DNA of 64,000 nt from Candidatus Latescibacterota bacterium (GTDB lineage: Bacteria > Latescibacterota > UBA2968 > UBA8231), in NCBI GenBank assembly GCA_965223905.1, contig CBDCXV010000001.1, positions 1,656,784 to 1,720,783 of the forward strand. Reading direction: 5' to 3'. Shown piece after piece: positions 11,085-20,153 of this stretch (positions are counted from its first letter, which is position 1; every line of letters starts with the position of its first letter). The notes beneath the pieces are model-generated. The model was not told the origin of the DNA, made no database searches, and saw only the letters and a list, made by a program, of their open reading frames with translations. The translations under genes and the position numbers were made by a program.

Positions 11085-12770
11085 ATGGTCCGACACTCCC
11101 CATGCTGGGCGCTGCTGGGCCCCATTCTCGCCCTGGCCGCATGCAGCGGAGGAGAGCCGCCTGAACCTGTCGCGGTGACGTTCCGGGACGCCCAAGTCGA
11201 GGCCGGCCTCGACTTCGTGCACTTCAACGGTTTCTCCGGGGACTACTACTACTACGAGACCTTCGGCTCGGGGGCGGCCTTCTTCGATTTCGACGCCGAC
11301 GGCTGGCTCGACGTCTACCTCGTCAACGGCTCGGCGCTGACCGACACGGTGCCGGCCAGCCCCCCGGTGAACCGGCTCTACCGCAACCGGTCGGGCGGCG
11401 GCCCGGACGACCCCGGTGCGGAGCCACCGCTCCGCTTCGCCGACGTAACCAAGGGATCCGGGGCAGACGACCGCGGCTACGGCATGGGAGTCGCCGCCGC
11501 GGACGCCGACAACGACGGCGACCAGGACCTCTACGTCACCAATGCCGGCGGCAACCGCCTGCTGCTCAACGACGGCGGGTCGGGCCGCTTCGACGACGTC
11601 ACCGCCGAGTCCGGGGTCGGCGACCCCCGCTGGGGCACGGCCTGCGCCTTCCTCGACTACGACGGCGACGGCGATCTCGACCTTTTCGTCGTCAACTACG
11701 TCGACTTCGACATGTGGGAGAATCCCGTCTGCAAGAAGGGGAAGCACCGGTCGTACTGCGAGCCGGAGACCTACGACCCGGTCGAGGACCTCCTTTACCG
11801 GAACGACGGCGGCCGCTTCACCGACGTCACCCGCGCCAGCGGCATCACCCTGGCGGGCCGCGGTCTGGGGGTGGCGCTGTCGGACTACGACCTCGACGGG
11901 GACACCGACCTCTACGTCGCCAACGATGGCACCATGAACTTCCTCTACGAGAACCAGCCCGGAGGCTTCGTCGAGGTCGGGCTGTATGCGGGGGGCCGTT
12001 ACAACCGGGACGGACTCGCCGAAGCGGGGATGGGCGTCGACTTCGGCGACGTGCAGAACGACGGCAGGCAGGACCTGTTCGTCACCAACTTCACCAATGA
12101 AACCAATACCCTCTACGTCAACGACGGCCAGGGGGAGCTGCACGACCTGACCGAGCGTTTCGGCCTCACCGGCCCGTCCCTGAAGCCGCTCGGGTTCGGC
12201 ACCCGGTTTCTCGACTACGACAACGACGGCTTTCTCGACCTCTTCGTCGCCAACGGCCATGTCATGGACATCATCGCCGAGGTCGAACCGGAGCTCAGTT
12301 ACCCGCAGCCCAACCAGGTGTTCCGCAACCTCGCAGGCCGCGGTTTCGCCGAAACCTCGGCTCAGCTCGGGACCGGGCTCGAGGTGGTCGCCGTCAGCCG
12401 CGCCGCCGCGGCCGCTGACTGCGACAACGACGGCGACCAGGACCTGCTGGTGACCAACGTCTCCGGAAGGCCGACCCTGCTGAGAAACGACGGGGGCAAC
12501 CGCAACAACTGGCTTCTTGTCGAGCTCGTCGGTGCCGGGCACGGCGACGCCCTCGGGGCGCGCGTGACGGTCACCGCAGGAGGCCTGCGCATGCTGCGCG
12601 AGCGGCAGTCGGGGGCCAGCTACCTCTCCAGCCACGACCCGCGCCTGCACTTCGGCCTCGGGCGGGCGGAACGCGCCCGCGTCGAGATCGTCTGGCCCGG
12701 CGGGCTCCGCCAGGTTCTCGAAGGCGTGCCGGCCAACCGCATCCTGCGCGTTAGGGAAGAGCAAGACTGA
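11085..12770 (+). CDS. CRTAC1-family FG-GAP repeat / ASPIC-UnbV lipoprotein
   Basis: LAAC lipobox, repeated DxDxDGxxDL(F/Y)VxN, and ASPIC motif GASYLSSHDPRLHFGLG...IVWPGG. Confidence 0.9.
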   Translation: MVRHSPCWALLGPILALAACSGGEPPEPVAVTFRDAQVEAGLDFVHFNGFSGDYYYYETFGSGAAFFDFDADGWLDVYLVNGSALTDTVPASPPVNRLYRNRSGGGPDDPGAEPPLRFADVTKGSGADDRGYGMGVAAADADNDGDQDLYVTNAGGNRLLLNDGGSGRFDDVTAESGVGDPRWGTACAFLDYDGDGDLDLFVVNYVDFDMWENPVCKKGKHRSYCEPETYDPVEDLLYRNDGGRFTDVTRASGITLAGRGLGVALSDYDLDGDTDLYVANDGTMNFLYENQPGGFVEVGLYAGGRYNRDGLAEAGMGVDFGDVQNDGRQDLFVTNFTNETNTLYVNDGQGELHDLTERFGLTGPSLKPLGFGTRFLDYDNDGFLDLFVANGHVMDIIAEVEPELSYPQPNQVFRNLAGRGFAETSAQLGTGLEVVAVSRAAAAADCDNDGDQDLLVTNVSGRPTLLRNDGGNRNNWLLVELVGAGHGDALGARVTVTAGGLRMLRERQSGASYLSSHDPRLHFGLGRAERARVEIVWPGGLRQVLEGVPANRILRVREEQD

Positions 12771-12771
12771 G

Positions 12772-13150
12772 GTGAGGTCGCCGTTCAGTCTCACCGGTCT
12801 CGGCCTCGGCACCGGGTTGAGCCTCGCCGTCGGACTGCTGGCCCCGTACGGGCTCATGCTGCGCTACTGGCGCATGGGGTTCAACCCCTCTTCTCAGGGG
12901 GCCATCTTCCTCTTCTTCATCCTCGTCTTCGCCGTCAACGGGCTGGTGAGCCTGATCGCTCGCCGCTTCGAGCTGTCGCGCGCCGACCTCGTGCTCGTCT
13001 ACAGCATGCTGCTGATGGCCGTAACCTGCCGACCTGGGGGCTGATGTTCTTCCTGATCGGCACCATGGTCTTCCCCTACTACTACGCCACCACCGAAAAC
13101 CGCTACGCCGAGCTCTTCCACGACCTCATCCCCTCCTGGATGGTGCCCCA
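12772..13150 (+). pseudogene. 5' fragment of a second DUF6785-family membrane protein
   Basis: ADLVLVYSMLLMAVT, then after a 1-bp slip near 13026 LPTWGLMFFLIGTMVFPYYYATTENRY...PSWMVPQ, paralogous to 4342-4680. Ends abruptly at about 13150. Confidence 0.8.
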
Positions 13151-13466
13151 GCCAGAGAAAGCTCCGGTAGAGACCGGCGAGGCCCTGGTCGCTGACCAGC
13201 AGGAGGTTGTCGCCTGCGGCTGCCTCGTTGTTGGGGACCCTGTTGAAGAGCTGCTCCCAGGCGACGTCGGGCGTCAGCACGAGGCCGGACTGGCGGGCGA
13301 AGGAAGTGCCCGCGGCGTGGCAGCCGGCGCAGTTGGCCGCGAGGATGTCGTCGCGGATGATCTTCCAGGTCGAGACTTCCCCGGGAGAGGGGGGCGGCTC
13401 GCCGCCGCAGCCGGCCAGCGCCAGGCAGAGGGCGAGCGCCCCGAAGGACCCGGGAAGCGGGCGCAT
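13151..13466 (-). pseudogene. 5' fragment of a CxxCH (cytochrome c-type) lipoprotein
   Basis: LAGC lipobox and CAGCH heme motif. Coherent sequence ends at ...LYRSFLW, where it meets the antisense of the DUF6785 fragment. Confidence 0.7.
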
Positions 13467-13569
13467 CCCGGGAACGCACCGCAGGGGATCCGGGCCTCCC
13501 CTCGGCGGCCCCCCATGCTGCGCGGCGCCGGGGCGGAGGAGCTGCCTCCCGGCCGGTTTCCCAGCGCCC

Positions 13570-14367
13570 TCAGAAATCCCGCGTGAAGCCGCATGTCCAG
13601 CCGCCGTCGACGACGACGGTATGGCCGTTGATGTAGGAAGCCATGTCCGAGGCGAGAAACAGCGCCGCGTTGGCGATGTCCTCCACCTGGCCGGGGCGGC
13701 CGCTCGGCACGAACGAGAGCAGCTGCCTGCCCTTCTCGTTGTAGCTGCCGTCGGCGCGGTAGAACAGGGTGCGGGTGGCGTCGGTCACCGTCGATCCGGG
13801 AGCAATTGCGTTGACGCGGATGCCGTGATGCCCCAGCTCGAGGGCCATCGCCTCGGCGAGGCTGATCACCGCGGCCTTGCCGACGACGTGGCCGATCTGG
13901 TTGCGGATCGGCACCATGCCGGCGATCGAGGCGATGTTGATGATCGACCCCGACTTCTGCTCGATCATCCGCAGGGCGGCGTACTTGGAGCAGTAGTAGG
14001 TGCCGTTGATGTCGACGTCCATCATCCTGACGAAGAGATCGTCGTCGTATTCCTCAACGGTGCGGCGCTCCCCGGGCTTCGACGGGTTGTAGGCGGCGTT
14101 GTTGACGAGGATGTCGATGCTGCCGGCCCTCGCCGCGGCATGGTCGATCATCCCCCGCACCTCGTCGAGGCGGCTGATGTCGCAGTGCACGTACGAGGCC
14201 GCGTCCCCGAGCCCGGCGGCCGTCTCCTCCCCGAGATCGTCGAGGATGTCGCCGATGACGACGGTGGCCCCGTGGGCGACGAAGTCCTCGGCGATCTTCT
14301 TGCCGATGCCGCGCGCTGCCCCGGTGATTACGGCGGCGCGCCCCTGCAGGTCGAGTCTGTTGTCCAC
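13570..14367 (-). CDS. SDR family oxidoreductase
   Basis: TGAARGIG, LVNNAA, GSIINIAS, IRVNAIAPG, VDGG. GTG start with AGGAG RBS. The catalytic YxxxK reads HVVGK. Confidence 0.9.
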   Translation of the reverse strand: MDNRLDLQGRAAVITGAARGIGKKIAEDFVAHGATVVIGDILDDLGEETAAGLGDAASYVHCDISRLDEVRGMIDHAAARAGSIDILVNNAAYNPSKPGERRTVEEYDDDLFVRMMDVDINGTYYCSKYAALRMIEQKSGSIINIASIAGMVPIRNQIGHVVGKAAVISLAEAMALELGHHGIRVNAIAPGSTVTDATRTLFYRADGSYNEKGRQLLSFVPSGRPGQVEDIANAALFLASDMASYINGHTVVVDGGWTCGFTRDF

Positions 14368-14466
14368 GATCTTCTCTCCTGAATTGGCGGCTTTCCAGAA
14401 GCCGCGCCTCTTTTTGGACTCCCCACAATATGCACCATATTTCCGCCCTCCTGGCAAGGAGAAACC

Positions 14467-15264
14467 ATGCTGACACCAGAGCAGAAACGGTATTTCGAGA
14501 CCTTCGGTTTCCTCGTCCTGCGCCGGGTGTTCGAAACCCGCGAGATCGACGAGCTGCGCCGCGAGTCGGAGCGCATGCTGACGGCCAACCGCCAAGGGCG
14601 GCCGTTCAACGGCAAGAGGCGGCAGGCGATGATCCCCTTCTTCGAGTACAGCCCCCGCCTGCGCGACTTCATCGAGGACGACCGCATCTGGGGAATCGGG
14701 GAGGACCTGCTTGGGCCGGAGTTCCATTTGAACGCAACCGAGGGCAACCTGCACGTCGGCGACACCAGGTGGCACGGCGGGAGGCCGGAGCCGGACCCGC
14801 TGGCCTCGATCAAGATCGCATTCTACCTCGAGCCGACCACCCGGGACACCGGCGCGGTCCGCCTGATCCCGGGCTCGAACAACCCGGAGTACAGGCGTCA
14901 TCTCCAGGTCCTCAACGAGCAGGGGGAGAACCCTTCGAAGCAGCCGCTCGGGGTCTCGGGGCCCGACTTGCCCTGCCACGTCGCCGAAACCGAGCCGGGC
15001 GACCTCGTCATCTTCCCGGAGAGCACCTGGCACGGCGCCTTCGGCGGCGCCCCCGGGCGCAGCCAGCACGCCATCAACTTCATGAAGAACCCGGAGACCG
15101 GGGAGGAGCGCGCCTACCTCAGGAGCAACTACGAGAGCTGGCTCTACTCCCTGCACCCGGTACCCGAGCTGATCGAGAGCGACCGCCCGCGGCTGCGCAA
15201 GCTCGCCGCACCCCTGGTGGAGATGGGGTTCGGACCGCCGGCGCCCACCCCCATCTTCGAATAA
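14467..15264 (+). CDS. phytanoyl-CoA dioxygenase (PhyH)-family Fe(II)/2OG enzyme
   Basis: LTPEQ..FETFGFLVLR, IKIAFYL, GAVRLIPGS, PGDLVIF..TWH motifs. AAGGAG RBS. Confidence 0.9.
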   Translation: MLTPEQKRYFETFGFLVLRRVFETREIDELRRESERMLTANRQGRPFNGKRRQAMIPFFEYSPRLRDFIEDDRIWGIGEDLLGPEFHLNATEGNLHVGDTRWHGGRPEPDPLASIKIAFYLEPTTRDTGAVRLIPGSNNPEYRRHLQVLNEQGENPSKQPLGVSGPDLPCHVAETEPGDLVIFPESTWHGAFGGAPGRSQHAINFMKNPETGEERAYLRSNYESWLYSLHPVPELIESDRPRLRKLAAPLVEMGFGPPAPTPIFE

Positions 15265-15281
15265 CCCATGGAGCCATCGAA

Positions 15282-16544
15282 ATGAAAATCACCGATATCG
15301 AAGCGATTCCCCTGCGCCTGCCGTACGAGGCCCGCATCCGCAAGTGCTACCACCACTTCTCCATGAAGGAGGAGGTGACGGTCTACAAGTTCCACACCGA
15401 CGCCGGTCTCACCGGCCTCGGAGAGAACCCCGGCCCGCCGTTCGACCAGAACGCGCTCGATCCCTACCTCGGCAGCGACCCCTTCGACCACGTGATGAGC
15501 ACCGGCCCCTTCAATCTCGACATGGCCTGCTACGACCTCATGGGCAAGCACCTCGGCATCCCGGCCTGGAAGCTGCTCGGGCAGCAGCGGCGCCGGTGGG
15601 TGACCATGGGCTGGTGGATGCCCTGCATGTCCCCGGAGGATTCGGCCGCCGAAGTGGAGGAGGCCGCGGCGCGCGGCTACCGGGGCCTCAAGTGCAAGGC
15701 GCGCGCCTTCTACGACGTCGTCGAGCAGGCGCAGGCGATGCAGGGGGCCGCGCCCCCGGATTTCCGCGTCGAGTTCGACTTCAACGGCGCCCTGATCAAC
15801 GTCGAGAAGGCCCTGCCGATCCTGCGGGAGTTGGAGAACATCCCGGTGGTCAAGGGGGTGGAGGAGCCGATCTTCGCCCACGACCTCGAGGGCTGGCGGC
15901 GGCTCCACCGGCAGATACGCATCCCCTTCTACCTGCACGGGGTCGGCACCGTTCTCGACGGGCCCTCGCGGCAGCCGTCGGGACCCTGGCTCGGCCTGCG
16001 CGCCGGCGACTTCGACGGCGCCCTCTGCAGCCACGAGAACATCCGCAACGCCATGGCCGCCTCCTGGACCTTCGCCTCGGCCAACACCCCGATCCTGCTG
16101 CAGTACGTCGGCACCGGCATCACCGCGGCCTTCGCCTGCCAGCTCGGCGCCGTCATGCACACGGCGATGCTGCCCGGCGTGACCGCCAGCCACTCCTACG
16201 AGGACGACCTGATCACCGAGGCGCACACCGTGCAGCGCGGCTTCATGAAGGTGCCGGAGGGTCCCGGTCTCGGGGTCGAGCTCGACGAGGACGCGGTCGC
16301 GCGCTACCGCCACATCCCGGTCCCGGAATGGCCGCGCTGGATCTCGGTGGTCTCCTTCCCCGGCGGCCTCCAGCATTACTACCGGGACCTGCGCCAGGCC
16401 GAGGGGCTGATGAAGTTCGGCGACGACGAGGCCTTCGCCCCGGGAGTGCGGCTCGACGAGTGGGAGGACGACGGCAGCGAGGCCTTCGACCGCACCTGGA
16501 GGCAGCTTCGCGAGCGGGACGAGCCGATCTGGGAACCGGAGTAG
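15282..16544 (+). CDS. mandelate racemase / muconate lactonizing enzyme (enolase superfamily)
   Basis: MKITDIE, DMACYDLMGK..G.PAWKLLG, KCK, DFN, EEP, VPEGPGLGVELDEDAV. Confidence 0.9.
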   Translation: MKITDIEAIPLRLPYEARIRKCYHHFSMKEEVTVYKFHTDAGLTGLGENPGPPFDQNALDPYLGSDPFDHVMSTGPFNLDMACYDLMGKHLGIPAWKLLGQQRRRWVTMGWWMPCMSPEDSAAEVEEAAARGYRGLKCKARAFYDVVEQAQAMQGAAPPDFRVEFDFNGALINVEKALPILRELENIPVVKGVEEPIFAHDLEGWRRLHRQIRIPFYLHGVGTVLDGPSRQPSGPWLGLRAGDFDGALCSHENIRNAMAASWTFASANTPILLQYVGTGITAAFACQLGAVMHTAMLPGVTASHSYEDDLITEAHTVQRGFMKVPEGPGLGVELDEDAVARYRHIPVPEWPRWISVVSFPGGLQHYYRDLRQAEGLMKFGDDEAFAPGVRLDEWEDDGSEAFDRTWRQLRERDEPIWEPE

Positions 16545-16659
16545 CTACCTTTGACTGATGTGTTTGTCCCTTCCGTGGAACGGGCCCCCACCGGGAAAAC
16601 CGAAACGGCTCGAATGAGTACGTTTGGCCAACTAATGCGACAAATAAAGGAGACTGAGC

Positions 16660-16900
16660 GTGAATATCAGAAATAAGAACGCGGTCTCCGCGGATTGGAC
16701 TACAGTACCCGGTTGGGATGAGGCGAAATAGCAGTACGTCGAGCTCGACTGCGAACGGTGGATCAGGGAAAACAAAATCCGTGAGACAGGACGCGAGAAC
16801 GGAGAGGGGGAGTTTCCTCCGTCGGAAGCGGTCCAGCCGGACGAGATGTACAGCGATATCCAGAATCGGCCAACCAGCTCGCCCACGCTGGCATTCCTAC
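16660..16900 (+). pseudogene. degenerate 5' remnant of a hypothetical gene
   Basis: AAGGAG RBS plus GTG at 16660. The frame continues through an in-frame TAG at 16729-16731 (WDEAK*QYVELDCERWIRENKIRETGRENGEGEFPPS). Confidence 0.4.
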
Positions 16901-16908
16901 CTGATTCC

Positions 16909-17541
16909 TCACGGGTTCCCAGGCGAAAACCATATGCGCAGGGTTGTCTTCAGCTCGTTGAAAGCAGGGTCCTGACAACCGTCAAGTTCTACCGCGGTCG
17001 CAAGTTCAGAAAACTTGCGTGCGGATCTTTGCACTCTTCCATGCCGCATTGCTTCTCTCATTGCCTTTTTTGGATGGGTCGGCTTTGAGTCGCCAGGCGG
17101 CCACAACTGCTGGTCACCCAGCCATCGTCGCAACTCAGAGTAGCGATCGTCCCATCCCAACACTCGAGAAACTGTAGGAGAATAGCTCCAGACCCACACT
17201 TCGAGCTCGGGCTCGATTACGATGACTTTCGCGCCATTATCCCATCCGTTCCGTGTAAGCTGATCCTCGAGGTTTCGTTGAATATCCTCTCTTGGAAGCG
17301 AGCTTCCGCAACCATGATGATCAAACACGACCAGTGCATATCGATACTTGCCATGATACGGTCTCAAATACTCGACCGCCTCACTACGGCAACCACTGTC
17401 TCTATTGATGTGGCGCTCAATGTCAAATTCTACTTCTTTGATACCTAGATCCCTCGAGCGAGACAGTAACCCCTCAAGAGCGTTAGCCAACTCCAAGTCG
17501 GCCGCAAGCACGAAGAGATCTTTGGGATCCGCGCTGATCAT
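16909..17541 (-). CDS. mad4: MADS defence protein MAD4-like (putative TOPRIM-type partner)
   Basis: KDLFVLAAD, RDSGC, YALVVFDHHGCG, VIVIEPELEVWVW, KPTHPK match the MAD4 pattern as recalled. ATGA-coupled to the upstream ATPase. Confidence 0.7.
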   Translation of the reverse strand: MISADPKDLFVLAADLELANALEGLLSRSRDLGIKEVEFDIERHINRDSGCRSEAVEYLRPYHGKYRYALVVFDHHGCGSSLPREDIQRNLEDQLTRNGWDNGAKVIVIEPELEVWVWSYSPTVSRVLGWDDRYSELRRWLGDQQLWPPGDSKPTHPKKAMREAMRHGRVQRSARKFSELATAVELDGCQDPAFNELKTTLRIWFSPGNP

Positions 17542-18806
17542 CCAATAACGCCGGAGGCGAAAAGGACATCCATGTTGGGCGAACCCCTCCAGTTCTTGAG
17601 ACGTGGATGATCGTCACCCCGCACGACATCGGTTGCGCCGGCGGAATTCTTCGCAAAGCAGAGCGCCTCTTCCAAAGCGGCCATCCTCAGCACGACGGGT
17701 GAGTGGGTAGCAAGCAGAACTTGTGATTCGTAGACCGAACTTAGTGACTGAAAGACGCAATCGACCGCCAGTGGATGAATCCCGTTCTCGGGTTCTTCCA
17801 GAATGTATATCTCATCTGATCCGGGTAAATACGCAGGAACCGTCAAGGCCAGAAGTCGGAGCGTGCCGTCGGATGCCATCCACGACGGAACCTCGACCCC
17901 CGACTTGTAGCGAAGCCTCAGGTACGCGTGGCGGTCGTCTTCGCGCTCGACGACGCCGACGTATTCCAATTCCGAGAGCGTCGTTTGAATGTGTGACAAC
18001 CATTCCCGGTAAGATTCGGGGTGCTCCCGTTCGAGTTTCTTGATAATCCAAGGAAGATTCGATCCGTCCTGTGCGATGCCAGCCTCGTGCCTGGCCGGCG
18101 GACTCGCCTCTCGCATGCGAAGACTGTCGAGAAAGAGCAACTTTATCGAACTCCCCAATATCTTCTTCACATAGGTCGCGACGGGAAAACTCGTCGGGGA
18201 CTCGGGGAGGTTTCCAAGCGCCGAACGGCGGTGTCCGAAGGCGATACTTGTCGCCCATCCCTTTCCGGACTTGGAGGACGTTTCCACGTTAAAATTGTCC
18301 TTCGCCTGACTTGACTTGCTCAATATAGTCCGTAGTCCACGGCGATTGCCTCCTACCAGTATGGACCGGGGTGGCTGCATCGGATCGGGGAACATCTCCC
18401 GTTGGATCGACGATTGTCGTTCTTGCGCAGGCGTGAGCAAACCTCGTTCAGAGTCAATTCTGATGTCGCCATCTGTTTCTCGAACTGCCACTTCGTAACG
18501 AAAAACCCGATAGTCTCTGTCCCGCGGTAATTGTTCACGGAGATGCTCCGGGATGTCGAACTCTACCGCCAGCTCGAAACTGAGACGGTCCCTTGGCCGC
18601 CCCCACACCAGATCCTGGAAATTGCTCGTGCGGCTTTCCACCGCGGCTTCGAGCCCATTCGATACCAAATCGCCGAGAAAAGCGATAACATCAAACAGGG
18701 TGCTCTTGCCGCTAGCGTTGGGGCCCACCAGGATGTGGAAGCGGCCAAGCTCGACATCGACGTACCGTAAACACCGGAAATTGAGTGCCTGAATGCGTCG
18801 GATCAT
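17538..18806 (-). CDS. mad3: AAA_21/ABC-type ATPase, MAD3-like
   Basis: Walker A GPNASGKST, signature SDGTLRLLAL, Walker B/D-loop LEEPENGIHP, ATHSP. Confidence 0.75.
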   Translation of the reverse strand: MIRRIQALNFRCLRYVDVELGRFHILVGPNASGKSTLFDVIAFLGDLVSNGLEAAVESRTSNFQDLVWGRPRDRLSFELAVEFDIPEHLREQLPRDRDYRVFRYEVAVRETDGDIRIDSERGLLTPAQERQSSIQREMFPDPMQPPRSILVGGNRRGLRTILSKSSQAKDNFNVETSSKSGKGWATSIAFGHRRSALGNLPESPTSFPVATYVKKILGSSIKLLFLDSLRMREASPPARHEAGIAQDGSNLPWIIKKLEREHPESYREWLSHIQTTLSELEYVGVVEREDDRHAYLRLRYKSGVEVPSWMASDGTLRLLALTVPAYLPGSDEIYILEEPENGIHPLAVDCVFQSLSSVYESQVLLATHSPVVLRMAALEEALCFAKNSAGATDVVRGDDHPRLKNWRGSPNMDVLFASGVIG

Positions 18807-18999
18807 GATATCATCCCCACAACTTCAAATGACAAGGAATCAGATAAACTAAGGTCCTTTTGGGGATTCTCCGTCAAGGAGCTGTCCCCCCGCAGAGAAG
18901 AACCGCCGCAGCGCCCCCGGGCACCGTATGAACGCCCACAAGACCAGCATCTGAAAAAATGCCTCTGATGTTGCCACCAATCCAGGATCAAGACAATCC

Positions 19000-19860
19000 C
19001 TACGGATCGGCGCTGGCGAACTGCCCCATCTGATCGAGATTCTCCCTGCCGGTCATCTCCGCCCGCCTGAGATCGTTGGCGGTGACGGTGAGGCAGTCGT
19101 TGGTCTGCGCGCTCTGCCTGATGAACGGCTCGGCGTACCCCGTGCGGCCGAACCAGCCGTGGTATCCGGCAAAGGACTCGATCCGCTTGCGCGAAAACTG
19201 CGGGCTGTGCCCCTGGGTCTCGTACAGCGCCTCGGCCTCGATCCGCCGCGCCACCTGGTCGGAGATGTCGACGAACAGGTCGATGTCCGTCCAGCCGAAC
19301 TCGACCCCGATGAAGTAGACCTGGGCGACCTGGTGCAGTGAGCGCTCCCGGCGCCTGTCCGGCTGGGCGACGCGCTGCATCGCCTGCTGAACGAGCTGGC
19401 CCGCCAGCGGGTGATCGCCGTCCCACAGGCTGAACATGTTCCTGCGGGGGTAGTTGTAGGGGGCGTGGGTGATCACGACGTGGGGGCGGACCTCGTAGAA
19501 GATGTCGGTCAGGGCCTCCATCAGCTGCGGCGACGAATCAAGGGGGTGGTCGGCGAACGGCAGGACGCGGGCATCCTCGATCCCGAACAGGGCGCAGACC
19601 CGCTGCAGCTCTGCCTGTTTGCGCTCCGCCTGCTCGCTGCGCGGGCGCTGGAGAATCTCGGCACGGCGTTCCTCCGCGGGCTTGCGCATCTCGTCTTCGA
19701 GCTCCTCGTCGTGGGTGGTGACGCCGTCGCTGAGCGAAACGACGGTGACACTGTCCCCGCGCTCGACGTGGTGGGCGGATGTTCCCAGGGTGTAGGTCAC
19801 GTCGTGCGGGTGGGCGGTGATCGTCAGCAGGCGCAAGGGGGTCGGTCCGTCATCGTTCAT
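19000..19860 (-). CDS. PIG-L family deacetylase
   Basis: AHPHD, SLSDG, RPHVVITH, DH, VDISD...YETQ, YAEPF. Confidence 0.85.
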   Translation of the reverse strand: MNDDGPTPLRLLTITAHPHDVTYTLGTSAHHVERGDSVTVVSLSDGVTTHDEELEDEMRKPAEERRAEILQRPRSEQAERKQAELQRVCALFGIEDARVLPFADHPLDSSPQLMEALTDIFYEVRPHVVITHAPYNYPRRNMFSLWDGDHPLAGQLVQQAMQRVAQPDRRRERSLHQVAQVYFIGVEFGWTDIDLFVDISDQVARRIEAEALYETQGHSPQFSRKRIESFAGYHGWFGRTGYAEPFIRQSAQTNDCLTVTANDLRRAEMTGRENLDQMGQFASADP

Positions 19861-20153
19861 TGCGTTTGCTCCGCTCAGGCGGTCGGTGGTTGAGTTCCTT
19901 GCGGCAAGGGGGGCCGCCTATTGCCCCTGCCGCCCCGCCGCCTTCCGAATCGGACAGGCAACCGGGATGAGAAGGCGGCGAATCCGCGCTACTGTGGGCC
20001 AGTACGTCAATATCCATATCCATTGGAGGTCGTTCTCCTTCTGCCAGAATATGGCACCAGGGTGGGCGTGGGCAGTACGTCAAATATCCATAATGGAGGC
20101 ATTCCGGCTCGATTGCCCGGCTGCCTCCGGATTGATGCAGGAGGGGTCCATAC

